In this document: one piece after another, positions 21,588 to 31,613 of the stretch | Layout of the letters: every line of letters begins with the position of its first letter | How positions within the stretch are numbered: the stretch's first letter is position 1 | From: Nitrospirota bacterium | GTDB lineage: Bacteria; Nitrospirota; JACRHJ01 | Direction of reading: 5' to 3' | Assembly (NCBI GenBank): GCA_963733375.1 | Contig: CAVTDB010000013.1 | Coordinates: forward strand, 78,658 to 142,657 | DNA length: 64,000 nucleotides | Notes under the pieces: generated by a model | Databases searched by the model: none | Seen by the model: the letters and a program-made list of their open reading frames with translations, nothing else | What the model was told of the DNA's origin: nothing | Position numbers and translations under genes: made by a program

Positions 21588-22835
21588 ATGCGAAACTATG
21601 ACGTGGCGATAATCGGCGCTGGCATAAGCGGGCTCTCCTTTGCCCATTACTGTGCAAAAAGCGGCCTGGAGACCGTCGTCCTGGAGAAATCGGAGAGAGT
21701 CGGCGGCTGCTTTCATTCGCACCGGTTCGGCGCGGACCCGAAGCCGGCCGGCCAGCCGGAAGACTTCTGGCTGGAGCTTGGCGCGCACACCTGCTACAAC
21801 TCATATGCCTCACTCATAAACGTAATAGAAGAGGCCGGGATAATAAAAGAGCTCATCCCTCGGGAGAAGGCGCCGTTTAAAATGCTCTCCGGCGGAAAAT
21901 TGAAGTCCATCCCCTCGATGCTCAATATTATGGAGCTGATACTCTCCGCGCCCAGGATGCTCTACGCAAAAAAGGCCGGCGAGACGATGGAGTCCTATTA
22001 CTCAAAGGTTGTCGGGAAAAAGAACTATTCACGGGTTTTCGGCCCGGTGTTCGACGCGATAATATCCCAGAACGCGAACGATTTCCCGGCGGACGCTCTA
22101 TTTAAGAAGCGCCCGCGCAGGAAAGACATATTAAAGAGCTTCACCCTCTCCCACGGCCTGTCCACGATAACCGACGCTATCGCGGGAGAGCCGGGCATAA
22201 CCGTCCTGACGGGGCGCGAAGTTATCTCGGTTGCTAAAGACTCTGGCGGCTATCTGGTTACGGCCGCGGGAGGGGAGGAAATAAGGTCAAAATATTTGAC
22301 CTTAGCCGTCCCGCCGCCAGCCGCGGCAAGGGCGCTTCACGCGGGCTTCCCTGATTTATCCGCGATTCTTGCAAAAATAAAAGTAAAGTCGGTGGAGACG
22401 GTGGGCGTACTGCTCCCGAAAGAGGCGTGCAAGCTGGAGCCGGTGGCCGGGATCATTCCGGCTATCTCATCCGGCCCGTCGGGCGCACCTGGCGAGGGCT
22501 TCTTCTCCGGCGTCTCCCGCGACGTCGTAAAAGACAGCCGGTACCGAGGCTTTGCATTTCATTTCCGGCCTGGGCTCCTGGACTTAAGCCAGAAGATTGA
22601 TAAGATTGCGCGGACAATAAATATAAAGCCGGAGCAGATATTAAAGACCGTGGAAAAGAAAGATAACGTGATCCCGTCTCTGACGCTTGGCCATGACGCA
22701 TGGGTATTGGAAACGGACAGGCTCCTTTCGGGAAGGAGCCTGTTTATCACCGGCAATTACTTTAACGGAGTTGCAATAGAGGACTGCGTGACGCGCTCCG
22801 CCTTGGAGTTCGCGCGTTTACGCCGCTCTGCGTAA
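21588..22835 (+). CDS. FAD-dependent oxidoreductase (protoporphyrinogen oxidase-like)
   Basis: IIGAGISGL, E...RVGG, ELGAHT, GNYFNGVAIEDCV. Confidence 0.8.
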   Translation: MRNYDVAIIGAGISGLSFAHYCAKSGLETVVLEKSERVGGCFHSHRFGADPKPAGQPEDFWLELGAHTCYNSYASLINVIEEAGIIKELIPREKAPFKMLSGGKLKSIPSMLNIMELILSAPRMLYAKKAGETMESYYSKVVGKKNYSRVFGPVFDAIISQNANDFPADALFKKRPRRKDILKSFTLSHGLSTITDAIAGEPGITVLTGREVISVAKDSGGYLVTAAGGEEIRSKYLTLAVPPPAAARALHAGFPDLSAILAKIKVKSVETVGVLLPKEACKLEPVAGIIPAISSGPSGAPGEGFFSGVSRDVVKDSRYRGFAFHFRPGLLDLSQKIDKIARTINIKPEQILKTVEKKDNVIPSLTLGHDAWVLETDRLLSGRSLFITGNYFNGVAIEDCVTRSALEFARLRRSA

Positions 22836-23303
22836 CTTCTCCACCTCTTCCACTACCTCAGGCTTTGTTGCCGGAGGACTGACCGCGACCCCTTCGACAT
22901 ATACCATCTCGCCGCCCAGCCAGCCGGAAACCAGAAGCGCCGCGATGCCCGCTATGGACAGGATAAACGGCGTAACCGCGACCGGCGTGCCTATCGTCCG
23001 CAGATAGAAGTTGACGACGAACAGGACCGTTATCGACAGGTTCAGCCCGAGGTGCCAGTATCCTATCGTCCTCGCCCGCGTCCCTTGCGGGATGGCAAAC
23101 AGGTCAATCAGGCCGAAAACGGCGGCAGTCAGGGCGCCGATTATGCCGATGCCCATGGCGTAATATGCCGCCGGAGCCCATGCCGCGCCCCCGCCGGCCC
23201 TTAAGACTATGTCGCAAACCAGAGAAAACACCCACATGCCTATCGGCAGGGCGACAAGCATCGTGTGGATGGGGTGCTTTGCAATTGTTGCCCTCGCGTA
23301 CAT
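22818..23303 (-). CDS. DUF2231 membrane protein
   Basis: HPIH.MLV..PIG, H.GLN, GWLGGEMVY..G. Confidence 0.85.
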   Translation of the reverse strand: MYARATIAKHPIHTMLVALPIGMWVFSLVCDIVLRAGGGAAWAPAAYYAMGIGIIGALTAAVFGLIDLFAIPQGTRARTIGYWHLGLNLSITVLFVVNFYLRTIGTPVAVTPFILSIAGIAALLVSGWLGGEMVYVEGVAVSPPATKPEVVEEVEKLRRAA

Positions 23304-23480
23304 CTCATGGCTCCTTTTGTAAAGAAAGGGTTTAAAATGCCCCTTTACAAGGGCTTACCTATAAATTATAGCATTTATTATTAATAAGTGCAGGAGGCGG
23401 TGAGTGCATAACTTTCTTGTTTAATTCCGGAAAATAGGTTAATATGGTCGTCTGATCGCCACTTAACATTAACTCAGGGA

Positions 23481-24206
23481 GTGGAAATGAAGCGTATTTT
23501 TTTCTTAATCGTGTGCATGACGGCTGTTTTATTTTTTTCAACGTCTGCCTTCTGCAAGGTGACCTCAAAGAAGGCGCCCGTCAATCCCGTCGCTAAAAAG
23601 GGTGTGCCCGTCCTGTCCGGAAAAGTGGTCGAGACCATGGACGCCGGCGGATACACATATGCGAAGATAGAGTCCGAGGGCAAGAGCCTCTGGCTGGCCA
23701 TGCCTACGACCAAGTTGAAAGTCGGGCAGGATTATACCTTCAATCCCGGGCAAGAGATGCAGAACTTCAAAAGCGAGGCATTGAAGCGGACTTTCGACAA
23801 GATAATATTTACCAATGGGCTTTTGGTCCTCCCCGGCACGGAGGAGTACAGGGCCAAAAATAAAGCAAAAACTTCCGTAAAGGTAAAGGTAGAGAAGGCC
23901 AAGGGTTCCGAGGCCCATACGGTAGCCGAGCTCTATCGGGATAAGGCGTCCCTTGGCGGGAAGAAGGTTTCGGTACGCGGGAAGGTAGTAAAGGTATCGA
24001 TGCAAATAATGGGGAAGAACTGGGTGCATCTCCAGGATGGTACTGGCTCCCCGGAAAAAGGCACGAATGACTTGGTCGTTACGACAGACCAGACCCCCAA
24101 CATCGGCGATGTCGTTACCGCGACCGGCATGGTCGCCGCGGACAAGGACTTCGGGTACGGTTACAAGTATGAAGTGATAATGGAGCAGGCAGAAATAAAG
24201 AAGTGA
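23481..24206 (+). CDS. Exported OB-fold protein (NrfJ-like)
   Basis: Signal peptide, GKVVETMDAGGYTY, IMGKNWVHLQDGTG, DKDFGYGY. Confidence 0.75.
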   Translation: MEMKRIFFLIVCMTAVLFFSTSAFCKVTSKKAPVNPVAKKGVPVLSGKVVETMDAGGYTYAKIESEGKSLWLAMPTTKLKVGQDYTFNPGQEMQNFKSEALKRTFDKIIFTNGLLVLPGTEEYRAKNKAKTSVKVKVEKAKGSEAHTVAELYRDKASLGGKKVSVRGKVVKVSMQIMGKNWVHLQDGTGSPEKGTNDLVVTTDQTPNIGDVVTATGMVAADKDFGYGYKYEVIMEQAEIKK

Positions 24207-24210
24207 AATC

Positions 24211-24258
24211 TTTTGTTACTTTCTTCACCTGGGAGTAACAAAAAAATAGCACGGTTTA
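24211..24258. repeat. Degenerate copy of the AT-rich repeat
   Basis: TTTTGTTACTTTCTTCACCTGGGAGTAACAAAAAAA...CGGTTTA. Confidence 0.55.
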
Positions 24259-24370
24259 CCTTCGACTGCATCTCGTCTCCGATACCGGGCCCGGTATCGG
24301 AGACGGTTATTGCCGCAATCCCCCCGTCCGGCGTTTCCGCTTTTACCTTCACCTTACCGCCCTGAAGATG
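24259..24370 (-). pseudogene. Histidine kinase HATPase fragment
   Basis: GGKVKV....ITVSDTGPGI (G1 box) with no rest of the kinase. Confidence 0.6.
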
Positions 24371-24447
24371 GGTTTGACGCATTACCTCAGTCGGCTATAC
24401 TCTTAAATTGTGACATGTATTATCTTCGTCCGACAAGGGGAAAATCC

Positions 24448-25509
24448 ATGCGTATCGCCCAGGTTTCACCGCTTTACGAGAGCGTGCCGCCCAAGCTTTA
24501 CGGGGGGACCGAGCGTGTCGTATCGTATCTGACCGAAGAACTCGTAAGGCAGGGGCATGACGTTACCCTCTTTGCCAGCGGGGATTCCGTTACCTCCGCC
24601 AGGCTCGTCTCGCCGTGCAAAAAGTCGCTCCGGCTGGATACATCCTGCCTGGACTATATCTCTCACCACGTGCTCATGCTTGAGCAGGCGCTAAAGATGC
24701 AGGACGAGTTCGATATCATACATTTCCATATCGATTACATCCACTACCCGACCGTCCGGAGGACGTCCGTCCCTACTGTCACCACGCTCCACGGAAGGCA
24801 GGACCTGCCGGACTTGAAGGCCCTCTACGAGGAGTTCGACGACGTGCCGGTAATATCCATCTCCGATTCTCAAAGGCGTCCGATACCGCACGTGAACTGG
24901 CAGGGCACGGTCTATCACGGCCTGTCCCCGTCGCTTTATTCATTCAGCCGGAGCCCGGGGAAATATCTTGCTTTTTTGGGCAGGATATCGCCGGAGAAGC
25001 GGCTCGACAGGGCGATAGAGATCGCGCGGCGCGCAGGCATGGAGCTTCGGATTGCGGCCAAGGTGGACAAGGCGGACCAGGCTTATTTCGACCGCGAGAT
25101 AAAGCCTCATCTGAACCACAGAGGCGTCATTTTCCTGGGCGAGATAGGGGAGGACCAGAAGGAGGATTTCCTTAGCAACGCCCTGGCGCTTCTTTTCCCC
25201 ATAGACTGGCCGGAGCCCTTCGGGCTTGTGATGATAGAGTCCTTCGCTTGCGGGACGCCCGTAATCGCTTACCCGCAGGGTTCAGTCCCGGAGGTTATAG
25301 ACGACGGCGTTACCGGGTTCATCTGCGAGGATATCGACCAGGCGGTGGCCGCGGTGCAGCGCGCGGCGGATTTCGACAGGCTCTCCTGCAGGAAGCGCTT
25401 CGAGGAGCGGTTCTCATCAGGCAGGATGGCGGAAGATTATTTTAAAATTTATCAGCGGCTGGCCGCGCCGGCCAGAAAGCAAACCGTTACCTTTTTTGGA
25501 AAAAGGTAA
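24448..25509 (+). CDS. Glycosyltransferase family 4
   Basis: MRIAQVSP..ESVPPKLYGGTERVV, EPFGLVMIE..ACGTPV; stop codon lies inside a repeat. Confidence 0.92.
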   Translation: MRIAQVSPLYESVPPKLYGGTERVVSYLTEELVRQGHDVTLFASGDSVTSARLVSPCKKSLRLDTSCLDYISHHVLMLEQALKMQDEFDIIHFHIDYIHYPTVRRTSVPTVTTLHGRQDLPDLKALYEEFDDVPVISISDSQRRPIPHVNWQGTVYHGLSPSLYSFSRSPGKYLAFLGRISPEKRLDRAIEIARRAGMELRIAAKVDKADQAYFDREIKPHLNHRGVIFLGEIGEDQKEDFLSNALALLFPIDWPEPFGLVMIESFACGTPVIAYPQGSVPEVIDDGVTGFICEDIDQAVAAVQRAADFDRLSCRKRFEERFSSGRMAEDYFKIYQRLAAPARKQTVTFFGKR

Positions 25510-25611
25510 CACCAAAAACTTTTAAATTTTTCCGCTTTCTTTTGGTTACTTTTCTTTCACGTGAAAAGATTTATCTGTCCAGAGCGAAGCGAAGACAGAA
25601 AGAAAAGTAAC
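25481..25611. repeat. AT-rich inverted doublet, interrupted by micro-element
   Basis: Type-2 unit GTTACCTTTTTT-gg-AAAAAGGTAAC-ac-CAAAAAC plus type-1 unit split at 25570-25601. Confidence 0.9.
25570..25601. mobile_element. 32-bp micro-element with GA/GA flanks
   Basis: TTTATCTGTCCAGAGCGAAGCGAAGACAGAAA; removing it with one GA restores a perfect host hairpin. Confidence 0.7.
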
Positions 25612-25621
25612 AGGGATTTAG

Positions 25622-27790
25622 ATGAAAGACCTGATACAGGTAGGCGACCAGTTCTACGTGCTGGCGACCTCCGCCATGGCGGACGACCGCACGCGGGTAC
25701 TGAAGGAAGGCGACACCTTCGCCGTCTTCGACCGCTACGGCGATATCTCTCCGCTTGGCCGGGGAGAGCAGGGGCTCTACCACGAGAGCACACGTTTCTT
25801 AAGCCGCCTGGAGCTGCGCCTCGGGGCGTCCAGGCCGCTTCTGCTCGAATCCACCGTCCACGCGGACAACAGCCAGCTCACCGCCGACATGATGAATCCG
25901 GACATAAATATAGGCGAGGGGCTCCTCGCGATAAGGCGCGGCATGATACACCTCTTCCGCCAGAAGTTCCTCTGGAAGGGGACGTGCTTCGAGCGCTTCC
26001 GTTTGTTAAACCACGGCATGGACACGGTGGAGATACCGTTCATACTGTATTTCGGCGCAGACTTCACTGACCTGTTCGAGGTGCGCGGGATGAGGCGGGA
26101 GAAAAGGGGCGAGATATACCCGCCGGAAGTGGAAGGCGGGGCGGTCAAGTTCCGCTACTTAGGCGTGGACGGAGTGACAAGGACGTTGTACCTGGAGCCG
26201 TCTTTCAAGCCCGAACAGTTGACCGCCTCTCATCTGGAGGCGGACCTGAAGCTTGCCCCGCAGGAGCAGACCGAGATGATGGTGACGTACCGCTGCGAGA
26301 CGGGAGGCAGGGTTTTCCCCCGCACCACCTTCAGCCATGCGTTCCGGGAAGCGGAGGAGCGACGGGTTGCGGTAAACTCCAACTTCAGCTCCATCGAGAC
26401 TTCCAACCAGCAGTTCAACGACCTGCTCGGGCGCTCACTTGCGGACACTCAGATGCTCATTACCGATACCGAACACGGCCCGTACCCGTACGCCGGCGTC
26501 CCGTGGTACAGCACGGTCTTCGGCAGGGACGGGATTATTACCGCGATGGAATGCCTCTGGCTGAACCCTCACGTCGCGCAGGGCGTGCTGGGCTACCTTG
26601 CCGATACCCAAGCAGACAAAGACGACCCGGAGAAAGACGCGGAGCCGGGCAAGATACTGCACGAGACGAGGATAGGCGAGATGGCCGCCGCCGGAGAGAT
26701 ACCTTTCGGCAGGTATTACGGAAGCGTGGACTCGACTCCGCTCTTCGTGATGCTTGCCGGGGCTTATTACCAGCGGACGGGGGACAGGGATTTCATATCG
26801 AGGATATGGCCGAACATAGAGCGGGCGCTGGAATGGATTGACTCTTACGGCGACGCCGACGGGGACGGCTTTGTCGAGTATCTCCAGCGCTCCAAAATGG
26901 GCTTGGGCAACCAGGGCTGGAAGGACTCCCCCGACAGCGTAATGCATGCGGACGGGAAAAAGGCCGAAGGGCCTATCGCGCTCTGCGAGGTTCAGGGATA
27001 CGTTTTTTCCGCGAAACGCGCGGCGGCGGAAATGGCCGCGCTGCTGGGCCTGAATTCGCGCGCGGAGCTTCTGAGACGTCAGGCGAAAGCCCTGAAGCGG
27101 AACTTCGAAAAAAGCTTCTGGATACCGGGACTTAATACCTATGCCCTCGCGCTGGACGGGAAGAAAAACCAGTGCCGGGTGAAGTCCTCGAACGCCGGAC
27201 ACTGCCTGTACTCTAAGATTGCCGACGCACAGCACGCGCGGAAGGTGGTCGAGGTGATGTTCGCGGAGGACATGTTCACCGGCTGGGGGATAAGGACGCT
27301 CTCCTCGTCCGAGACCCGCTACAACCCGATGTCTTATCACAACGGCTCCATCTGGCCGCACGACAACGCAATGGTAGGCGCGGGGCTCGCGTATTACGGG
27401 TTTAAGGAGCAGGCGGTGGCGGTGCTTACCGGCCTTTTCGAGGTGAGCCAGTCTATCGAGCTCTCCCGCCTTCCGGAGCTTTTCTGCGGGTTCCACAGGA
27501 GGCAGGGCCAGGGGCCTGTGCGGTATCCGGTCGCCTGCTCGCCCCAGGCATGGGCGGCAGGGGCCATATTCCTGCTCCTTCAGGCCTGCCTCGGCATGAC
27601 TATTGACGCCCCCAGGGGCCGCGTCCGCTTCGACAACCCCCTGCTCCCGGACTGGATTGAGCTGATGAACGTGCGGGGCCTGAAGGTCGGCTCCTCTTCG
27701 CTGGATTTGATGTTCCAGAGGCGGGACAAGGACGTCTCGGTGAACGTCGTGTCCCGCAAAGGCCCGGTCGAGGTTATCGTCGTGAAATAA
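25622..27790 (+). CDS. Amylo-alpha-1,6-glucosidase / glycogen debranching family
   Basis: AGVPWYSTVFGRD, EPGKILHE, YYGSVDSTPLF, NQGWKDS, YHNGSIWPHDN, ACSPQAWAA. Confidence 0.92.
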   Translation: MKDLIQVGDQFYVLATSAMADDRTRVLKEGDTFAVFDRYGDISPLGRGEQGLYHESTRFLSRLELRLGASRPLLLESTVHADNSQLTADMMNPDINIGEGLLAIRRGMIHLFRQKFLWKGTCFERFRLLNHGMDTVEIPFILYFGADFTDLFEVRGMRREKRGEIYPPEVEGGAVKFRYLGVDGVTRTLYLEPSFKPEQLTASHLEADLKLAPQEQTEMMVTYRCETGGRVFPRTTFSHAFREAEERRVAVNSNFSSIETSNQQFNDLLGRSLADTQMLITDTEHGPYPYAGVPWYSTVFGRDGIITAMECLWLNPHVAQGVLGYLADTQADKDDPEKDAEPGKILHETRIGEMAAAGEIPFGRYYGSVDSTPLFVMLAGAYYQRTGDRDFISRIWPNIERALEWIDSYGDADGDGFVEYLQRSKMGLGNQGWKDSPDSVMHADGKKAEGPIALCEVQGYVFSAKRAAAEMAALLGLNSRAELLRRQAKALKRNFEKSFWIPGLNTYALALDGKKNQCRVKSSNAGHCLYSKIADAQHARKVVEVMFAEDMFTGWGIRTLSSSETRYNPMSYHNGSIWPHDNAMVGAGLAYYGFKEQAVAVLTGLFEVSQSIELSRLPELFCGFHRRQGQGPVRYPVACSPQAWAAGAIFLLLQACLGMTIDAPRGRVRFDNPLLPDWIELMNVRGLKVGSSSLDLMFQRRDKDVSVNVVSRKGPVEVIVVK

Positions 27791-27830
27791 TTAATCCACC
27801 CTCCATCCCGATAAATTTGCAAATTCAATC

Positions 27831-27859
27831 TTGACAGATGCGGTTATTTTAATTATCTT
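27831..27859 (+). promoter_or_regulatory. sigma70 promoter upstream of cysK
   Basis: TTGACA-17 nt-TATCTT. Confidence 0.6.
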
Positions 27860-28015
27860 TTATTTCATGACCAAATAGATCGGGATTACTTCCACTCGCG
27901 CGAAATGCGCAAAGTTATGATAACCTTTACACTTGAGGGAAGCGCTCCTGGAAAGAAAAGGCGGGGGCGGCAAAAGGAGGAAACGATGGAATTATCCGTT
28001 GCCGGAGGAAAGACG

Positions 28016-28973
28016 ATGGGAATTTACGCCGATAACTCGCTGACGATAGGAAATACGCCGCTTGTAGAGCTGAACAAGATCGTATCCGGCTGCAAGGCGA
28101 GGATATTAGCCAAAATCGAGGCCAGGAACCCGTCCTTCTCCGTCAAGTGCCGCATAGGGGCGGCTATGATATGGGATGCGGAGGAAAGGGGAATATTAAA
28201 GCCCGGGCGTCGAGATAATCGAGCCGACATCCGGCAATACCGGTATCGCGCTGGCGTTCGTCGCCGCCGTCCGGGGCTATAAGCTGAGCCTGATGATGCC
28301 GGAGACGATGAGCCTCGAGAGGCGGCGGGTGCTGGCCGCGCTCGGCGCGAACCTCATCCTTACCCCGGGCGCGGAGGGCATGCCCGGCGCGGTGCGTCAC
28401 GCCACGGAGATGGCGGAAGGCGACCCGGAGCGGTGGTTCATGCCCCAGCAGTTCAAGAACCCCGCGAACCCCGCCATCCATGAGAAGACTACCGGCCCGG
28501 AGATATGGGAGGATACCGGGGGCCAGGTGGACGTCCTGGTTTCCGGCGTGGGGACGGGCGGCACAATCACGGGAGCGTCCCGGTATATAAAGGGCATAAA
28601 GGGGAAGAAAATTCTGTCCGTGGCCATCGAGCCCGCAACCAGCCCCGTGATAACCCAGCACCTCTCCGGCCAGGAGATAAAGCCGGGTCCGCACAAAATT
28701 CAGGGCATTGGCGCGGGTTTCATCCCGGACACGCTGGACCTGTCCCTGGTTGACAGGGTGGAACTGGTCGAGGACGCCGAGGCAATCGAGTACGCCAGGC
28801 GGCTGATGAAGCAGGAGGGAATACTCTGCGGGATATCCTCCGGCGCGGCCGCGGCTGTCGCGGTGCGTCTTGGCCGGATGGACGAGTTCGAGGGCAAGAT
28901 TATCGTCGCCGTGCTCCCGGACGCGGGAGAGAGATACCTCTCGACGCTGCTTTTTGAGGGGATAGGAATTTAA
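28016..28973 (+). CDS. cysK: Cysteine synthase A (frameshift ~28205)
   Basis: [48 protein letters not shown]. Confidence 0.95.
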
Positions 28974-28980
28974 GGCAAAT

Positions 28981-29066
28981 TCGTCAGTTTTTTCTTTAGG
29001 GAAATGATTTATCTGTCCAGAGCGATAGCGAAGACAGAAAGAAAAGTAATCAAAAGAAACCGGGAC
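28981..29066. repeat. Degenerate AT-rich repeat with 33-bp micro-element at 29008-29040
   Basis: ..TTTTCTTT..GA-[TTTATCTGTCCAGAGCGATAGCGAAGACAGAAA]-GAAAAGTAATCAAAAGAAA. Confidence 0.8.
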
Positions 29067-29107
29067 TGTCCGGCTCTCGCCGCAATAATCCTGACCCCAG
29101 CGCAAAC

Positions 29108-29137
29108 AAAAAAGGGGAGGCCAATCGGCCTCCCCTT
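29108..29137 (-). terminator. Intrinsic terminator of cytochrome operon
   Basis: AAGGGGAGGCC-gatt-GGCCTCCCCTT followed by T tract on minus strand. Confidence 0.8.
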
Positions 29138-29154
29138 CGAGTATATCACAAGGA

Positions 29155-30450
29155 CTATCTGTTCTTGACCGGGTTTACCCTGTCGTAACCTCTCTGCACG
29201 TGGCAGCCGACGACGCACGACCCGCCGTTTGGCGTCTTGGTGTATCGTATCGGGTAGCTCAGCTTGCCGAACGGCACCCTCTCGCGGATATGGTTCGCCT
29301 GCTTGCCCGCGTGCACTTCATGGCAGGCCCTGCATGTGCGGCCCTTGGGGTTTTTGTTTACGTGCACGAAGTGCAGGTTCTTGTCCCCGTTCCTGAAGCC
29401 GGTGAGCGTGGTGGTGAATTCCTCCACCGCGAGGTCCTTGTTATGGCAGGTAAAGCATAGTCCGTATTTGTCGGTCGAATACGCGGTATAAAAATCCTGC
29501 GGGAAGGTGTTTATCAGTATTCGCCGGTAGTCGGAGCCGTGCGGGTTGTGGCAGCCGGTGCAGTCGCCGCTGCGTACCGGGCCGTGCTTGTCCGGATTGT
29601 CGTCAAGCCACGCCTTCATGTTGATCAGGTTGCCGAGCGGCTTGTTATGGCAGCTCAGGCAGAGGTCCTTGCCGCCCGCCTTCAAGAGGGGCTCGAAGTT
29701 CGAGACGTGAGGCTCGTGGCAGTTCAGGCAGGAGCCTTCCATCTGTACGGGCTTATGCGGGAACTTCACCTTGCTGATATATTCCTTCTTATCCTGGTGA
29801 CATTTATAGCAGAGGTCCGGCGGCGCCAGCAACAGCTGGTATTTGTATGGCGAGCCGTGCGGGCTGTGGCAGTTCGTGCAGCGGTCCGCCACCGGCGGGT
29901 GTATCTCTTTTCCCGCCGCGAACTCGTCCTTCTTGTCCACATGGCAGGTGTAGCACAGGTCGTTCCCCGCAGCGATAAGCTGGTACTGGTTCGGGGAGGT
30001 ATGCGGGTCATGGCAGGCGATGCAGTCGCCGGCCGCGGCCGGGCCGTGAACGAACTTCTGCTTTACCTTTTCGTCGTCGTGGCACTTGAAGCAGAGGTCG
30101 GAGCCTTCCGCCAACAACTGGAACTTGAAAGGAGAGCTGTGCGGACTATGGCAGGCCGTGCAGTCCCCGGAAGCGACGGGCCCATGGACGTGGGCCATCG
30201 TATTTTTCTTGTCGTGGCACTGATAGCAGAGGTCGGAGCCCTCCGCCGCCAACTTGAACTTATGCTTGCCCGGCGCCGCTACGTGGCAGTCCTCGCATTC
30301 ATATGACGCGGTCGGGCCGTGCACGAACTTGTTGTCTATTAACTTGGCGTGGCAATTCTTGGCGATACAGCTCTGGTCCGCGAACGCAGGATACGCCATC
30401 GCCGCAAAAAGCGCGGCGGACATGGCCAGGACGGCCAGCTTTCCCCTCAT
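29155..30450 (-). CDS. Periplasmic multiheme cytochrome c (~15 hemes)
   Basis: Signal peptide; 13 CxxCH plus one CX4CH and one CX3CH; paired-CXXCH repeats. Confidence 0.93.
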   Translation of the reverse strand: MRGKLAVLAMSAALFAAMAYPAFADQSCIAKNCHAKLIDNKFVHGPTASYECEDCHVAAPGKHKFKLAAEGSDLCYQCHDKKNTMAHVHGPVASGDCTACHSPHSSPFKFQLLAEGSDLCFKCHDDEKVKQKFVHGPAAAGDCIACHDPHTSPNQYQLIAAGNDLCYTCHVDKKDEFAAGKEIHPPVADRCTNCHSPHGSPYKYQLLLAPPDLCYKCHQDKKEYISKVKFPHKPVQMEGSCLNCHEPHVSNFEPLLKAGGKDLCLSCHNKPLGNLINMKAWLDDNPDKHGPVRSGDCTGCHNPHGSDYRRILINTFPQDFYTAYSTDKYGLCFTCHNKDLAVEEFTTTLTGFRNGDKNLHFVHVNKNPKGRTCRACHEVHAGKQANHIRERVPFGKLSYPIRYTKTPNGGSCVVGCHVQRGYDRVNPVKNR

Positions 30451-30508
30451 CTTAATACTCCCTTTCTAAAATAAATCCTGAAGCGACTTCATGAAACGCC
30501 TGCAAGCA

Positions 30509-31576
30509 TCAACCGGCGCCGCCATACGAGTGGAGGCCGGAGAGCAGGAGGTTAACACCCAGATATGTAAATATTACGGCCAGGAAACCAACCATCGAAA
30601 GGACTGCCGCGCGCTTGCCCTTCCAGCCGCGGGTAAGCCGGGCATGGAGATAGGCCGCATAGACGAGCCATGTAATAAGCGACCAGGTCTCTTTCGGGTC
30701 CCAGCCCCAGTAGGTGCCCCATGCCTTGTTCGCCCAGACGGCGCCCGTGATGATGCCCACGGTCAAAAGCGGGAAGCCCATCATGATAGTCTTGTAGCCG
30801 ACGTCGTCCAGCGTATCGGCCGTGTTGGCAAGGCCCAGTATCCTGTTGCGGATACTGGCCCCGAAAAGCCAGCATAGAAGCACTATGACAAAAGTTCCGA
30901 TATAGCTCAGGACCCTTACTACCGGAATACCGCTCCTGAAGGTGCCTTCCAGCATGTGCTGGCCGCCTGACATCGGAAGGACAACGAAGTCTATCCCCAC
31001 CGCCACGATGACCGTTATCAGAAGGCCGACGCAGACGGTCCAGAATACATAGACCGGCTCTTTTTTGTCCGTAGTGATGATCAGGTACATCAGGCTTACG
31101 CCGAAGGAGACGGCGAACGCGGCGTAACCAAGGAAGGAGGTGATGACGTGGATGGCCAGCCAGTAGCTTTTCAGGGCCGGCACGAGCGGCTCGATGTCTT
31201 TGGAGATGTTCGGCGCGACGAATATGTACGTCATGGCCAGGAAGGCCACCGGCATGACGAACGCCCCGAAGGTCCTGTTCTTGTAGCGCCACTCGACTAT
31301 GATGTAGATGAGGATGATGGTCCAGGCCCCGAACGACATGGACTCGAACAGGTTCGAAACTGGAATATGCCCTATGTCCGCGCCTATCTGGTAGGACTCC
31401 CACCACCTGATGCCGATGGAGGCGGTATGGGACAGAAAGCCGAAGTAGGTTATCCCGGAGGCGATCTTACCCACCGTCTGGCTCTTGAACACCAGGTAGG
31501 CCAGGTAGAAGACCATCGCGAACAGATAGGACATGGTCGCAATCTTGAAAAAAGTGATGTTTATCTCATATGTCAT
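30509..31576 (-). CDS. ccsA: Cytochrome c biogenesis protein CcsA/ResC
   Basis: WL.IHV, GAVWAN.AWG.YWGWDPKETW (WWD domain), GLHSY. Confidence 0.93.
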   Translation of the reverse strand: MTYEINITFFKIATMSYLFAMVFYLAYLVFKSQTVGKIASGITYFGFLSHTASIGIRWWESYQIGADIGHIPVSNLFESMSFGAWTIILIYIIVEWRYKNRTFGAFVMPVAFLAMTYIFVAPNISKDIEPLVPALKSYWLAIHVITSFLGYAAFAVSFGVSLMYLIITTDKKEPVYVFWTVCVGLLITVIVAVGIDFVVLPMSGGQHMLEGTFRSGIPVVRVLSYIGTFVIVLLCWLFGASIRNRILGLANTADTLDDVGYKTIMMGFPLLTVGIITGAVWANKAWGTYWGWDPKETWSLITWLVYAAYLHARLTRGWKGKRAAVLSMVGFLAVIFTYLGVNLLLSGLHSYGGAG

Positions 31577-31613
31577 GATGAATAACCCTCCGGAAATACT
31601 TCAGCCTTTTCGA

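Noticed and set aside
27860-27890. Possible Rrf2/CymR-type operator after the cysK promoter
   Set aside because: Only weak dyad symmetry; cannot be supported without comparative data
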